A stretch of DNA of 64,000 nt from Methanothrix sp. (lineage in GTDB: Archaea > Halobacteriota > Methanosarcinia > Methanotrichales > Methanotrichaceae), in the NCBI GenBank assembly GCA_963682135.1, contig OY821645.1:704001-768000 (forward strand), read 5' to 3'. This document shows positions 41,597-51,599 of this stretch, one piece after another. Made by a program: the position numbers and the translations under genes. The number at the start of each line of letters is the position of its first letter. The stretch's first letter is position 1. A model generated the notes under the pieces. That model was not told where the DNA came from, did no database searches, and saw nothing but the letters and a program-made list of their open reading frames with translations.

Positions 41597-42382
41597 TCAA
41601 GCCGTAATCGTGCCCTCCAGATAAAGAGCTGCTCTTCCGAATATTTTTACGCGGTCGCCTGCATTGGTGCAGAATAGCTCGCCGCCTCTCTTCGAGAGCT
41701 GAAATGCATGGAGATCGTTCTTGCCAAGCACTCCTGCCCAATAAGGAGCCAGAACACAGTGGCTGGAGCCTGTCACCGGGTCTTCAGGCACTCCAATTCG
41801 GGGCGCAAAGAAGCGTGATACGAAGTCGCATTTATCTCCACTGGCTGTAACAATGATGCCGCGACAGGCTATCCTGGCCAGGGCGGGAAAATCGGGCTGC
41901 ACAACTCTTACGGCCTTCTCGCTGTCCAGCAAAACAAGCAAATCCTCTACCGAAGAGAGCGTCTCTTTGGGTGTGACTCCCAAGGCATCGTCAAGCCCGG
42001 CGGGAGGGCTTATGGCATGAGAAGCTATTGCGGGAAAGTTCATTTCCAGGAGATCTCCATTCCTTTTCACCTCAAGCCCTCCGCTCCAGCGTGTTTGAAA
42101 TCTGATGCTTTCCTGGGGCCATTTCCGGCAATTGAAGAGAACAAAAGCGCTCGCCAATGTGGCATGGCCGCAAAGCGTGACCTCTGTGAGAGGAGTGAAC
42201 CATCTGATGTCAAAACCTATGGCATTGCGGACCAAAAAAGCCGTTTCAGAGAGGTTGTTCTCAGCAGCCATGGCCTGTAGAAGCTGGTCATCAAGCCAGC
42301 AATCCAGGATGCATACTGCGGCGGGGTTGCCGGAAAAGACCTCGGAGGTGAAGGCATCGACATGGTATAACGGTATTCTCAT
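41597..42382 (-). CDS. PhzF family epimerase
   Basis: VDAFT..FSGNPAAV, NNLSETAF, LCGHATLA, EDPVTGSSHC; ATG at 42382. Confidence 0.92.
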   Translation of the reverse strand: MRIPLYHVDAFTSEVFSGNPAAVCILDCWLDDQLLQAMAAENNLSETAFLVRNAIGFDIRWFTPLTEVTLCGHATLASAFVLFNCRKWPQESIRFQTRWSGGLEVKRNGDLLEMNFPAIASHAISPPAGLDDALGVTPKETLSSVEDLLVLLDSEKAVRVVQPDFPALARIACRGIIVTASGDKCDFVSRFFAPRIGVPEDPVTGSSHCVLAPYWAGVLGKNDLHAFQLSKRGGELFCTNAGDRVKIFGRAALYLEGTITA

Positions 42383-42401
42383 AGACTCATTTCCAGGACG
42401 A

Positions 42402-42555
42402 TCAAACTCTCGAACTCGCATTCTCTCTTATCTTCTTGGAATCAGCCTCAATCTTATCCAGCAATGGACTGTCCTTGAGGGCTCCGAAGTACTCGGATAG
42501 ATCTATTTTCTCCTTCTTGAGCAGCCTTTCCATGACATTGGTATTGGATGCCATG
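42402..42555 (-). pseudogene. Archaeal VapB-type antitoxin remnant
   Basis: VMERLLKKEKIDLSEYFGALKDS..IEADSKKIRE resembles the C-terminal half of archaeal VapB antitoxins; no N-terminal half or toxin gene seen. Confidence 0.5.
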
Positions 42556-42602
42556 TATCTGTGTATGCATGACAGATATATAGTATTTTCATCTTTGAAT
42601 TG

Positions 42603-42647
42603 GCGCCTTCGCGGCTTTGCGCGGGGTTTCGGCTCACGCGAAGGCGC
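42603..42647. repeat. REP-like palindrome (11-bp perfect inverted repeat)
   Basis: gcgccttcgcg (42603-42613) / cgcgaaggcgc (42637-42647). Confidence 0.6.
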
Positions 42648-42771
42648 GAAGTATCGATGAGATGGATAATTTTGGCGGAGACAAATTTCTGCCGATAATT
42701 GATCCACTGCTCGACTCTCACCAACCGCCGATCACAAGAATGCACACTAACGGAGTTCTTCAGCCCGGATG

Positions 42772-43191
42772 TTACTGCACCTCCCAGAGCGTGAGTGTGC
42801 CCGGAAAGCCCTTCATAGCCATTCCATCGTGTTGCTGCCATCCCAACCGTTTGTGCTGCCCGGCACCGAGCCGACCGATGTCCTCTTTGGCCCGATTGCT
42901 CAGCCAGATCTCCGCATCTTTTACGGCTCCGACTACGCGGGAGGCGAAGTTCACAGTGCCGCCAAACACATAGCCTTCCTCCACATGAATCGGCCCGATG
43001 TGAATGCCGGCACGGATTTGAATCTGCGGATGGCCCGTATTCCTCTAAAATGCCACAGAGTAGTCCAGTGCTTCGACTGCGGACTTGAACGCCGTCATGA
43101 AGCTGTCGCCAATGGTCTTGATTTCCCTGCCATTGAACCTGCTAATCAGCTTGCGGCTCTGGGCAAAGTGCGTCCGCCGCACTTCATTCAT
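42772..43191 (-). pseudogene. Class III adenylate/guanylate cyclase fragment with in-frame TAG
   Basis: MNEVRRTHF...GREIKTIGDSFMTAF...YSVAF*RNTGHPQIQIRAGIHIGPI..VFGGTVNFASRV...MKGF; TAG at 43045-43047; first catalytic Asp strand missing. Confidence 0.85.
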
Positions 43192-43271
43192 GACCTCGTT
43201 GAATTTGCTGGATTAGACATCAATATGTGTCATAAGAATCTAAATAGGCATGGAACTCAATGGTTTAATCA

Positions 43272-44366
43272 ATGAAAAAAGTCGTCATTCTGGGTGCAGG
43301 GGCCACTTTGGGCGCGGCTTCCGTAGACTTGGTTGTGCGTCCGCCGCTTTTGCAAGACCTACATGCTATATTCGATGCTAGCTTCTTAAGTCTAAATCAA
43401 TCCGCTGATGGGCCTATTCTGAAGGATAGTCTTAAAAAATTATTAGAAATTACCAAAACAAAAGAAGATATCGAACGATTTTTTACGTTAATGCAAGTAA
43501 TTGAGGATATCCATCTGGATTATAGTCCCAAAGATCTACGTTTTGATTTATCAAAGATGGAGGAAATTTACAATGATTCTGTCTTCTCTGATCCTTTGAT
43601 CTGGTCTTATAATCTATCTAAGAATGATGTTAAAGATATAAGATTAATTTTAGGATACATCGTAAAAGATTCTAAGAGGCAAATTTTATGCTGTGCCAAT
43701 AATTTCTTTAGGCTATTTACGTATGCATTAAAGGAATACCTTAATCGTTCTATATCGGACAATTTTTGCATATACCACGAAAAATTGTTTAAAAATCTTG
43801 GAATTAAAGATACTGTTGCTACTTATAATTATGACGAAATATCTGATTTTACACTATTTCTCAGAGGAAAGCTTAGCGCCCAATCTTTCGATGAACTTGG
43901 ATTTAGCAGCATAACTTTCCCAAAAGAGCGACCTATTGTATCTGAAAGCGTCACTCTCTTGAAACTTCATGGGTCCTTCAATTGGCATACTAATTATTTA
44001 AAAGATGTGCATTATATTCTAGGTTCACAGAACGTGCCATTTCCCAACGTAATATTGCCCATTTATCACAAAGATCAAATTTACAAATCTAATAGGGTTT
44101 ATCGCTCGCACATGATAAAATATGGACAAAAAATTCGACACGCTGATAAAGTAATATTAGTTGGCAAAAATTTTAAAAACTCAGATCGCGAATTATATAA
44201 ATTTATTAATAAACATGCTCGAGGGAAAAAGAGGACATTGGACCTCATCGACCCAAAAATTGATGATGATTCCTTTATTGATTATCATTGTAGGCTTTTC
44301 AATGCCAAATTCGAAAACGGCTGGAAATCACTAAACGAGTTCTATAATTCATCAAGCTTTATTTAA
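43272..44366 (+). CDS. SIR2-like domain protein
   Basis: VVILGAGAT, ATYNYD, LLKLHGSFNW, ILVG; strongly AT-rich. Confidence 0.8.
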   Translation: MKKVVILGAGATLGAASVDLVVRPPLLQDLHAIFDASFLSLNQSADGPILKDSLKKLLEITKTKEDIERFFTLMQVIEDIHLDYSPKDLRFDLSKMEEIYNDSVFSDPLIWSYNLSKNDVKDIRLILGYIVKDSKRQILCCANNFFRLFTYALKEYLNRSISDNFCIYHEKLFKNLGIKDTVATYNYDEISDFTLFLRGKLSAQSFDELGFSSITFPKERPIVSESVTLLKLHGSFNWHTNYLKDVHYILGSQNVPFPNVILPIYHKDQIYKSNRVYRSHMIKYGQKIRHADKVILVGKNFKNSDRELYKFINKHARGKKRTLDLIDPKIDDDSFIDYHCRLFNAKFENGWKSLNEFYNSSSFI

Positions 44367-44692
44367 TTAAAAAATAGAAAAAGATACTTGCATGATTCCT
44401 TTTCATCCTGCACTCACCCATGATCGCGACCCCGCCATCTGCAGGATGAATCCAGAACAGTTCACATCCACCGCTTCCCTCCCTGTCGTTCTTCGTCCCG
44501 ACAGCCACAAAATCCCGCCACCGTCCGCGCCATGACCCGCCCGCGCTCGCACGGGCCCGCCCGGCCGCTCCCGGCCCCTGGCCATGCGGGCCAGGCTGCA
44601 CGATCGTGCCACGACACTTGACAAGGTGGAAAGGCAGCTTTGCAAATGCATGCAAAAAAGTTTATTGCCCAAGATCTACCTCTATTACTATT

Positions 44693-45187
44693 ATGAAACA
44701 AAATGCATTATTAATGATCCTGGCGCTCAGCCTCGCCATTTTGCCAGCTCTCGGGCAGCAAGAAGCAGGCGAGCCGCTTACAGCCAGCAATGCTTCCGAA
44801 CTGGTGAATTCGAGCATCCCCTCCGGCGAGCAATTTAGCATGGTGAACATCTTCCAAGTAGCAGAGGAAAATCCCATCGATCCCAAACTCGGTTATCTGA
44901 GAAAAGAAGTTCTTCTCGGAAAGAACGCCAGCGTCAACATGACTATGTATATGCCGGGCATCTCTTCCGGAGCGCATTACCACAGTGCCACGGAGGAAAT
45001 CGATTACGTAGTCATGGGTCAGGCGAATCTGACAATGAACGGCAAGGACTATCCAGTCAAAGAAGGGGATTTGATCTATATTCCGCCATTCAATGTGCAT
45101 GATTATCGGTCTGCGGAAAATGATACATTCCAGATCATGGTTTTCTTTATGCCTCCATTAGCCGGGAACGATAGAGTCTACGTTTGA
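44693..45187 (+). CDS. Exported cupin domain protein
   Basis: Signal peptide MKQNALLMILALSLAILPALG; HYHSATEEIDYV, GDLIYIPP..VH. Confidence 0.85.
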   Translation: MKQNALLMILALSLAILPALGQQEAGEPLTASNASELVNSSIPSGEQFSMVNIFQVAEENPIDPKLGYLRKEVLLGKNASVNMTMYMPGISSGAHYHSATEEIDYVVMGQANLTMNGKDYPVKEGDLIYIPPFNVHDYRSAENDTFQIMVFFMPPLAGNDRVYV

Positions 45188-45259
45188 AGCCGGAGAGCAA
45201 ACTGCCCTGATAAAACCATTTATTTTTTAAAACGCACTTATCTCTCATCAATCGATCGG

Positions 45260-45439
45260 TTAATAGGCACAGCTGTCATGCTTCTCTGCCAGATCCTGCG
45301 GACCTTCACAAATGCCTATTACGCTGGATAGGGCATCTGCTTTGTGCTTCCCAGTATCTGGCCTCTCTTCCAGGAAACTCAATAACTTAGAGATTTTCTT
45401 GAGATCTGCATCAGGGAGGGAGTCAATTTTTCTCATCAT
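45260..45439 (-). CDS. Small antitoxin-like protein (orphan)
   Basis: IDSLPDADLKKISKLLSFL...IGICEGPQDLAEKHD resembles DUF2281-like antitoxins; start uncertain. Confidence 0.45.
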   Translation of the reverse strand: MMRKIDSLPDADLKKISKLLSFLEERPDTGKHKADALSSVIGICEGPQDLAEKHDSCAY

Positions 45440-45593
45440 AGGGATTCTCTTTTCAGAGTCAGATGTTTTTCTATTTCCAGCAATAAAGACTTGCCGTGTT
45501 GGCCATTCCTCTATTTGTGAGCGGAGCTTGAGCAGACCACTGAAACAAAACTGTACAGGCCTCGAAATCCCCAGGCTTGTCCTCCTGGGAGCT

Positions 45594-46405
45594 TCACCCC
45601 TTTCTTCCCGTAGCTTTGAAAAATGTGTAGCAGAACACCCCGTCATCTTCCGTCGTTCTGTAGAGGTCCTGCACCCCTGCCTCAAAATCATCCGGCTCAA
45701 TTATCCCCGCCCCCACCGACGCCTCACGAACGCCCTCAATCATGGCCGTAAATGTCCTCCTGGTGAAGCCCTCCACAAGCTCCGGCTTGCTGGAATCGAC
45801 ATAAACCATGCGAGGAGAGACGCAGATCTCAGAGATGCCTGCCTGGCAAGCAGCGGATAAAGCTGTCTGCCGATCATTGCATTGCCGCCTGCTCTCCTCT
45901 GCAGCTCGACCTGGCACGAAATCGCTTTGTGGGCCGCAGCGCTATCAGGATAGAAATAGGCAGAACCATGATCCCCCTCGATTGCCGTGATCGAACCGCC
46001 TGGTTTGATGAAATCCATGAGGATGCGCAGTGCCTCGACCGGGCGAGAGAGATGTTCAAGAACAAAACAGATGAAAAGATGGTCGAAGGATTCCGGCTGG
46101 AAAGGCAGATTGAATATATCACCCTGCAAAACCTGCACATTTGCAAGGCCTGCCTCAGCCACTCTCCTTCGAGCCTCGCCCACAGAGGCTTCTGATATAT
46201 CGACTGCTGTGATGATTGACTGAGGGCTATTTCTGGCCAGAGGCACGGTCTGTGCCCCTACGCCACAACCTGCTTCAAGAATGCGTGATCCCGGCGGAAA
46301 ATGAGTGTCGCCGTGCAAGAGTTCTTCCAGAGTGGTGGCCTGATCCTGCAAGCGCGTGTTTTCTCTCGGATGGTAGCCGTGAACATACGCATACTCATTA
46401 AGCAT
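45594..46405 (-). pseudogene. Class I SAM methyltransferase, frameshifted near 45845
   Basis: ILEAGCGVGAQT, FDHLFICFVLEH in frame 1, continuing after LYPLLA as AGISEICVSPRMVYVD...FCYTFFKA in another frame. Confidence 0.82.
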
Positions 46406-46457
46406 GATGGACCGTATGCTGCTGGTTTATTTCAAATTTTCCGCTCAATCAATTCCA

Positions 46458-47507
46458 TCAGCTGGTAACCACCTCGACAGAGACCGGATAATGATCTGAG
46501 GCATGTTTGTACTTCTTGCTTATGCTTGTGCCGTTGGGCATATTATGGTTGACTTTTGCACTGCGCACCCAATTTGAGAGTGGAGACTTGGAATACAGTA
46601 TATGGTCAATCCATTCCTTTTGATAGACGTCATTGAAGATCGGATCTTTGAAGCTGGTGGTGTAGATGGATGAAAAGTCGAGTGCCTTCTGTGCTTTGGG
46701 TTTCAAAGCATCGAATAGCGCATTTCCCAGGCACCGGCCCGGCTGCCAAATAGTGCCCATCAGACTCTCTATGCCGCTGCCATGCAATCGTTTCTCACTG
46801 GCATCAAGCCCCGGTCCGTCGTTAATGTCGCCGCATACGATAAGCGGGATTTGTTTCGTTTTGTCGTCGGTTAAATACGGTTCAATAAATGTGTCATGAA
46901 TATGCGCTGCCTGGCCGAGAATTTTCTTGCGGTTGGCATCGGCCATCTCCCACCATTTGCTCCATTCGTAGGCGCCAAATATGCCTTTGCTCTTCAGATG
47001 AAGGCCAAGCACACGGAAAGGCGCACCCTCCGCCGGAATTATCTCTGCATAAAGGGGCAGTCTTTCAAAGTGGTGCTGCTCCTTTATCTCATCATTATCA
47101 GTATCGACAAGGAACGGATTAAATCGAGGATCATCTTTGGTTTCCATGCGCCTCAGCGCAGGATCCTTGAATTTGTTGGTATCAACTCTTACAGCTATTC
47201 CAATATTCTGTGCTTGACCTGGCGAAACCTGCAAATCGGTCGCCCAGGTGCCCTGTCCAATATTATCAAAGAAGAGCTGCAACTCCTTTTGCTGGCTTGG
47301 TCCCTCTACAATAACAACCACATCGGGCATCAATTCGCGAAGAACCCCTGACAAATCGTCACGACGTTGTTTTACGGAAGTACTAGAAGAATGCGACGTC
47401 TTCTCTTCGTCGGGACGAAATGAAACCACCTGATCATCCTTAGTAAAAAGATCATTCAGCCACTGCATATTCCACAAGACAAACTTCAAATCGGACAACA
47501 GAACCAT
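46458..47507 (-). CDS. Endonuclease/exonuclease/phosphatase (EEP) family protein
   Basis: WNMQWL, VVVIVEG, HLKSK, CGDIND, IDHILYS, SDHYPV. Confidence 0.85.
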   Translation of the reverse strand: MVLLSDLKFVLWNMQWLNDLFTKDDQVVSFRPDEEKTSHSSSTSVKQRRDDLSGVLRELMPDVVVIVEGPSQQKELQLFFDNIGQGTWATDLQVSPGQAQNIGIAVRVDTNKFKDPALRRMETKDDPRFNPFLVDTDNDEIKEQHHFERLPLYAEIIPAEGAPFRVLGLHLKSKGIFGAYEWSKWWEMADANRKKILGQAAHIHDTFIEPYLTDDKTKQIPLIVCGDINDGPGLDASEKRLHGSGIESLMGTIWQPGRCLGNALFDALKPKAQKALDFSSIYTTSFKDPIFNDVYQKEWIDHILYSKSPLSNWVRSAKVNHNMPNGTSISKKYKHASDHYPVSVEVVTS

Positions 47508-47605
47508 CTCCTTTTGGACTTATGGATAATAGTAGCTCATCCTTAAAAAATAGATGCTTTGGCGAATTATCTCTAAAAATTTGATATAAGTGCCAGTGCC
47601 CCTTT

Positions 47606-48868
47606 TCACTCCACGCACACTCTCGCCCCCAGCCCCTTCATCTGTTCGAAGAATCCTGGATAGCTCACGTCCACCGCCTCTGCCGTATCGATCCTTGTTC
47701 CTCCGGCCACAAAGCCCGCCACAGTCAGTGCCATGACAATCCTGTGATCGTGCCAGCCGTGCACCTTTGCGCCGTGCAGCCTGCCGCCCGTGATCTCCAG
47801 CCCGTCCGGCCTCTCCCGGATGTCAGCGCCCATCTTGGTGAGCTCGACAGCCATGGCGTGCAGCCGGTCCGTCTCCTTGTGGCGCACGTGCTCAGCGTTG
47901 ACCACGGTCGTCTTTCCCTGGGCCAGCGCGCCCAGCACGGCAATGGTAGGCACGAGATCCGGCGTGCGGCCGGCATCCACCTGCACGCCCTGCAAGTTTC
48001 CGCCCTTGATGTGAAGGTCTCCTTTCTCCTTATTCCAGGAGACCCTGGCGCCCATGCGGTTCAGAATATCGATGATTGCCGAGTCACCCTGCCTTGAGGG
48101 AAGAACCCCTTTGACAGTAACCTCGCTTCCGGTGACCGCAGCCGCAGCCAATGGATAGGAGGCCGAGGAGAAGTCTCCGGGAATGGTATAGCTCTTCAAG
48201 CCGTAGCTTTGCCCTCCCGGCACGAAGAACTCCTGAGGCTTTGCCTCGACGCGCACGCCCGCATCGGCCAGCATATCCAGGGTGATCTCGGCGTAGGGAC
48301 GGCTCTTGAGATCGCCCTCAATTACGATTTTTGTGTCCGCTTTCGCCAGAGGGGCAGCAATGAGCAGCGCCGAGAGGAACTGAGAGCTTACGCCCCCGTT
48401 GAGGTGCGCAGTGCCCCCTCTCATCTTTCCTTTGATCACCAGCGGAGCTTTTCCGTTATTGCGAATGGAAAAAGCGGTGGCGCCCAGTTCTGAGAGCGTG
48501 CTCAATAGCGGGCCGTTGGGCCGGGTGCGAATGGAGGCATCGCCCGTGAGCACGGCTCCGTCGGTGAGAGCCGCCACTGCCGAGCAGAAGCGCAACGTTG
48601 TACCAGAGTTTAGAACATTGATGACATCATCCGGGGTCTGGGGCCGATCGGAGACGCCAGTGATGGACACATCGTCGCCAAGTGATATCTTAGCTCCAAA
48701 TGCCTCGCTGGCGGCAACTGTTGCCCTGGTGTCTGCGGAGAGGAGGGGCCGCTTTACGGTCCCGCCAGGCCCCAGGGAAGTTATGAGGATGGCACGGTGG
48801 GTGTAGCTCTTGGAAGGTGGGGCATAGACCTCACCGGAGAGAGAAGAGCGCTCGACTGACGCAATCAT
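47606..48868 (-). CDS. aroA: 3-phosphoshikimate 1-carboxyvinyltransferase
   Basis: PPSKSYTHRA, NSGTTLRF, SSQFLSALL, RHKETDR, DHRIVMA; ATG at 48868. Confidence 0.95.
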   Translation of the reverse strand: MIASVERSSLSGEVYAPPSKSYTHRAILITSLGPGGTVKRPLLSADTRATVAASEAFGAKISLGDDVSITGVSDRPQTPDDVINVLNSGTTLRFCSAVAALTDGAVLTGDASIRTRPNGPLLSTLSELGATAFSIRNNGKAPLVIKGKMRGGTAHLNGGVSSQFLSALLIAAPLAKADTKIVIEGDLKSRPYAEITLDMLADAGVRVEAKPQEFFVPGGQSYGLKSYTIPGDFSSASYPLAAAAVTGSEVTVKGVLPSRQGDSAIIDILNRMGARVSWNKEKGDLHIKGGNLQGVQVDAGRTPDLVPTIAVLGALAQGKTTVVNAEHVRHKETDRLHAMAVELTKMGADIRERPDGLEITGGRLHGAKVHGWHDHRIVMALTVAGFVAGGTRIDTAEAVDVSYPGFFEQMKGLGARVCVE

Positions 48869-49178
48869 GATCGAGGGAATGGCAGCGCAAGTATAAGAAA
48901 TGTGTGCCATGATATAGCTTGACACTAGCAATTGACGGAAAAATGGCGGCCCAAAGATGAGCCGTCAGTCTTCCATCAGGCGGTGATCAGAGAGAGAAGC
49001 CCCCACTCCTCTACCTCTTTTGCCGGTGGTCTTACGGCAATTACCGTAGTACGACACAAGTCGTATTTATATTTTGCGCCCCCATCCTATCAAAGCGGAA
49101 GATAAATCTATGATGCATCCAGGATATAGTGATAGAGGGCTAGTCAACCCTGGCCTCGGGCTTGCCAGAGAGATTATT

Positions 49179-50480
49179 ATGAATATAATTTGCGTTTATC
49201 CGGTAAACGTCGATGCCGTCTGCAATATACGGGGCGAAGAGATAATGCGCCTCATCCCGTCCAATGTGAAAATTGAGCTGAAGGAGTCCATAGGTAGCCG
49301 CGAGGACCTTCTCTCCTGCCTGCTATTCTGCATGCAGCAGGGATCAGGTGCAGAGATTCTTATCCAGAACCGAGCGACGGCCATGAAGATCGAAGATTCT
49401 TTCTCCTGGCAATTTCGCCTGGGAGGAAATGCCGGAATCATGGCCAATGTCCTGGCCGCACTGGGTGCGAAGCCGGTTCTCAATGCTCCTGCCCTGGGGC
49501 CAAGACTGGCGAAAATGATTGACACCGGGGTGCACGTGCCCGTTTCCGTTGCAGTTGAGCCCGGCCGGGCGACGGGAGCACCCCAAGAGAATCTAGAAAG
49601 AGATCAAGACGCAGAGACAGAGATGGAGCATTTCGTCTTTCAATTCAAAAAGGGAGATCAGTTTGCCAGCGGCCAGATAAGAATAACTGCGCCCAGCGAC
49701 AATCGTTTTATTGCCACTTACGATCCGGTAAATTCCAGGCTCCTCACCAGCCGGCATTTCGATTCCTATTGCCAGGAGAATATCCGGGAAATCGATGGCG
49801 CTCTGCTCTCCGGCTTTCACCTGGCAGCTTTTAAAGAGTACCAGGAAATCTTTCCCCAGAAAATCTCCCAGATAAAATCCTGGAAGGATAAAAACCGGAA
49901 GATCTTCATCCACGCGGAGATGGGGTCCTTCCAGAGCCCTGAGATAATGAAGTCTCTTCTAATGCTTCTTCCCAAAATCCCCGTGGACAGCCTGGGGCTA
50001 AATGAAGACGAACTGGCAACAGCAGAAGGACTGGCTCATGGATCATCGCCAGCCAGCTGGCAAGAGACAATGCAGGCGGCTGAAAGGCTGCGTGGCAGAC
50101 TGGGGCTCTTCAGAGTAGCCGTCCATACCCGAGACTACATTCTGAGCATCAAGTTACAGGGAAAGATCAATGCACGAGAGGAGCTTTTTGCCCTGCAAAG
50201 CGGAGTTGAAGCCGCAGCCACATTGGCAGCCACGGGCCTTGTAACAGGAGAGCCTCCCCAGGAGATCAACCCCCTGGGGATTGAGGCTAAAGAGGATTTT
50301 TGCCGCAATGGTGCCACAGCATACGGGCGGGGCGCATTTCTTCATCTTGGAGAAGAGATCATATCTTTGATGCCCTCTCTTGTGGTGCATAAGCCAAAGA
50401 TTACGGTAGGCTTGGGCGATACTGCTACAGCAACCATATTTTTCCAGGAGCTTTCCGCCATCCGGAAAAATTTGATTTGA
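49179..50480 (+). CDS. ADP-dependent glucokinase/phosphofructokinase
   Basis: [39 protein letters not shown]; ATG at 49179. Confidence 0.9.
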   Translation: MNIICVYPVNVDAVCNIRGEEIMRLIPSNVKIELKESIGSREDLLSCLLFCMQQGSGAEILIQNRATAMKIEDSFSWQFRLGGNAGIMANVLAALGAKPVLNAPALGPRLAKMIDTGVHVPVSVAVEPGRATGAPQENLERDQDAETEMEHFVFQFKKGDQFASGQIRITAPSDNRFIATYDPVNSRLLTSRHFDSYCQENIREIDGALLSGFHLAAFKEYQEIFPQKISQIKSWKDKNRKIFIHAEMGSFQSPEIMKSLLMLLPKIPVDSLGLNEDELATAEGLAHGSSPASWQETMQAAERLRGRLGLFRVAVHTRDYILSIKLQGKINAREELFALQSGVEAAATLAATGLVTGEPPQEINPLGIEAKEDFCRNGATAYGRGAFLHLGEEIISLMPSLVVHKPKITVGLGDTATATIFFQELSAIRKNLI

Positions 50481-50820
50481 TGTGCTCTGTCTCGATGAGT
50501 TGCGCTCCCGCCAGCTTTCTTACCCTCTTCACCAAATCGCCGGCGCGAATGCAGATCCGCTTCTCTCCCCGAAATATCTCGGCCTTCTCTCCATCCACGA
50601 TGCCGATAACAGGGATACCCAGCCTGGCCAGGATATCTCCGGCGATGATAGTAATAATATCCTCCAGACCGGCATCGATGACGGCCACCCGGCCCATTGT
50701 CCCGCCTAAGACCGCTGCGACGCTTGCCTGCTTTTGCTTTTTCAGGTAATTGATCAGCGAAAGAGCACAGCCGCTGTCTATTATCTCCGGGCCATGAACC
50801 ACTATGCCGATTCTCAGCAT
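50425..50820 (-). pseudogene. DUF2117-family gene, apparently internally deleted
   Basis: [14 protein letters not shown] and [18 protein letters not shown] run directly into [19 protein letters not shown]; only 131 aa. Confidence 0.6.
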
Positions 50821-50829
50821 CTCTGATTC

Positions 50830-51111
50830 TTATCCACCCGTCTCCAGGTTATCATCCTGCATCTTAACAGCATCCATCATCTCTTGCGTCTGCTTGAACC
50901 TCTCCTGGATCTGCTCTATGGTCATGCCCTCCAGGTCTTTTCTTTCCGGAGCCTTCTCGATCAGCTCCAGAGTATCCAGGCGGTAATAAAGGCCGGTGCT
51001 GTCCAAATAGGCCCATGTCTCACCATCATCTTCCACCTTCAGCACCTTGACGGTACCGATGGTGCCCGTGCCCTTGTACCTGACCAGGCTATCCTCTTTG
51101 ATCTCCGCCAT
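50830..51111 (-). CDS. DUF2098 family protein
   Basis: VRYKGTGTIGTV...W..LDSTGLYYR...GG; ATG at 51111. Confidence 0.8.
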   Translation of the reverse strand: MAEIKEDSLVRYKGTGTIGTVKVLKVEDDGETWAYLDSTGLYYRLDTLELIEKAPERKDLEGMTIEQIQERFKQTQEMMDAVKMQDDNLETGG

Positions 51112-51132
51112 AATAGTCACCAAATGAATCAA

Positions 51133-51594
51133 TTACAACTTCTGCACAATTATCTCGCTTTCCTTTGAGGCTCCACCCAATATCTCAACACCACCTGGCT
51201 TCGCCAGCACTTGGACTGCGTGAAACTCCTCTGATCCGCAGAGCACATCCTGCTCAGGATGCGTCCCAGGCTCTATCTTGCAGCTCAAATGAATGCTCTC
51301 GCCAATGGATACCACTGTCTTCAAGCGGGGTGATGCGGGATGGCCTTTGGGGAGCACTATCAATGGTGCGCCCAGTTCCCTAAGCTGATAAATAGTACAG
51401 CATAGGCCGCGCATAACCTTCTTGCCTGCTCCTTGGGAAGAAGCCACAATCAGATCCTCAGGATCGGTGAAAAGCACAATCTCTTCAGACTCCGTCTCCA
51501 GATAAAAAAAGTTTCCATTCGTCTTGGCAATAGCTAAAGTGCCACTGCGACCCACGAGGTAAGCTATCTCATTCTCCTTAATGATAATATGCAT
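51133..51594 (-). CDS. Conserved methanogen hypothetical protein
   Basis: LRELGAPLIVLPKGHP, CKIEPGTHPEQDVLC; ATG at 51594 directly after the small Zn-ribbon gene. Confidence 0.7.
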   Translation of the reverse strand: MHIIIKENEIAYLVGRSGTLAIAKTNGNFFYLETESEEIVLFTDPEDLIVASSQGAGKKVMRGLCCTIYQLRELGAPLIVLPKGHPASPRLKTVVSIGESIHLSCKIEPGTHPEQDVLCGSEEFHAVQVLAKPGGVEILGGASKESEIIVQKL

Positions 51595-51599
51595 GGCAT

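Noticed and set aside
42744-42780. attC-like CAGTAAC...GTTAGTG after the cyclase stop (minus strand)
   Set aside because: The 19-nt spacing is far too short for an attC site, the consensus match is imperfect, and no integron integrase is present.
43045-43047. Amber codon in the cyclase as pyrrolysine readthrough
   Set aside because: The gene is also 5'-truncated, no pyl genes are in the window, and the inferred genus is not known to me to use Pyl.
42769-43275. 168-aa plus-strand ORF
   Set aside because: Antisense shadow of the cyclase pseudogene.
48930-49070. Possible ncRNA or IS end (gtacgacacaag; similar ccacgacact near 44610) between aroA and the ADP-kinase
   Set aside because: Only short, weak matches with no recognisable structure or partner end.
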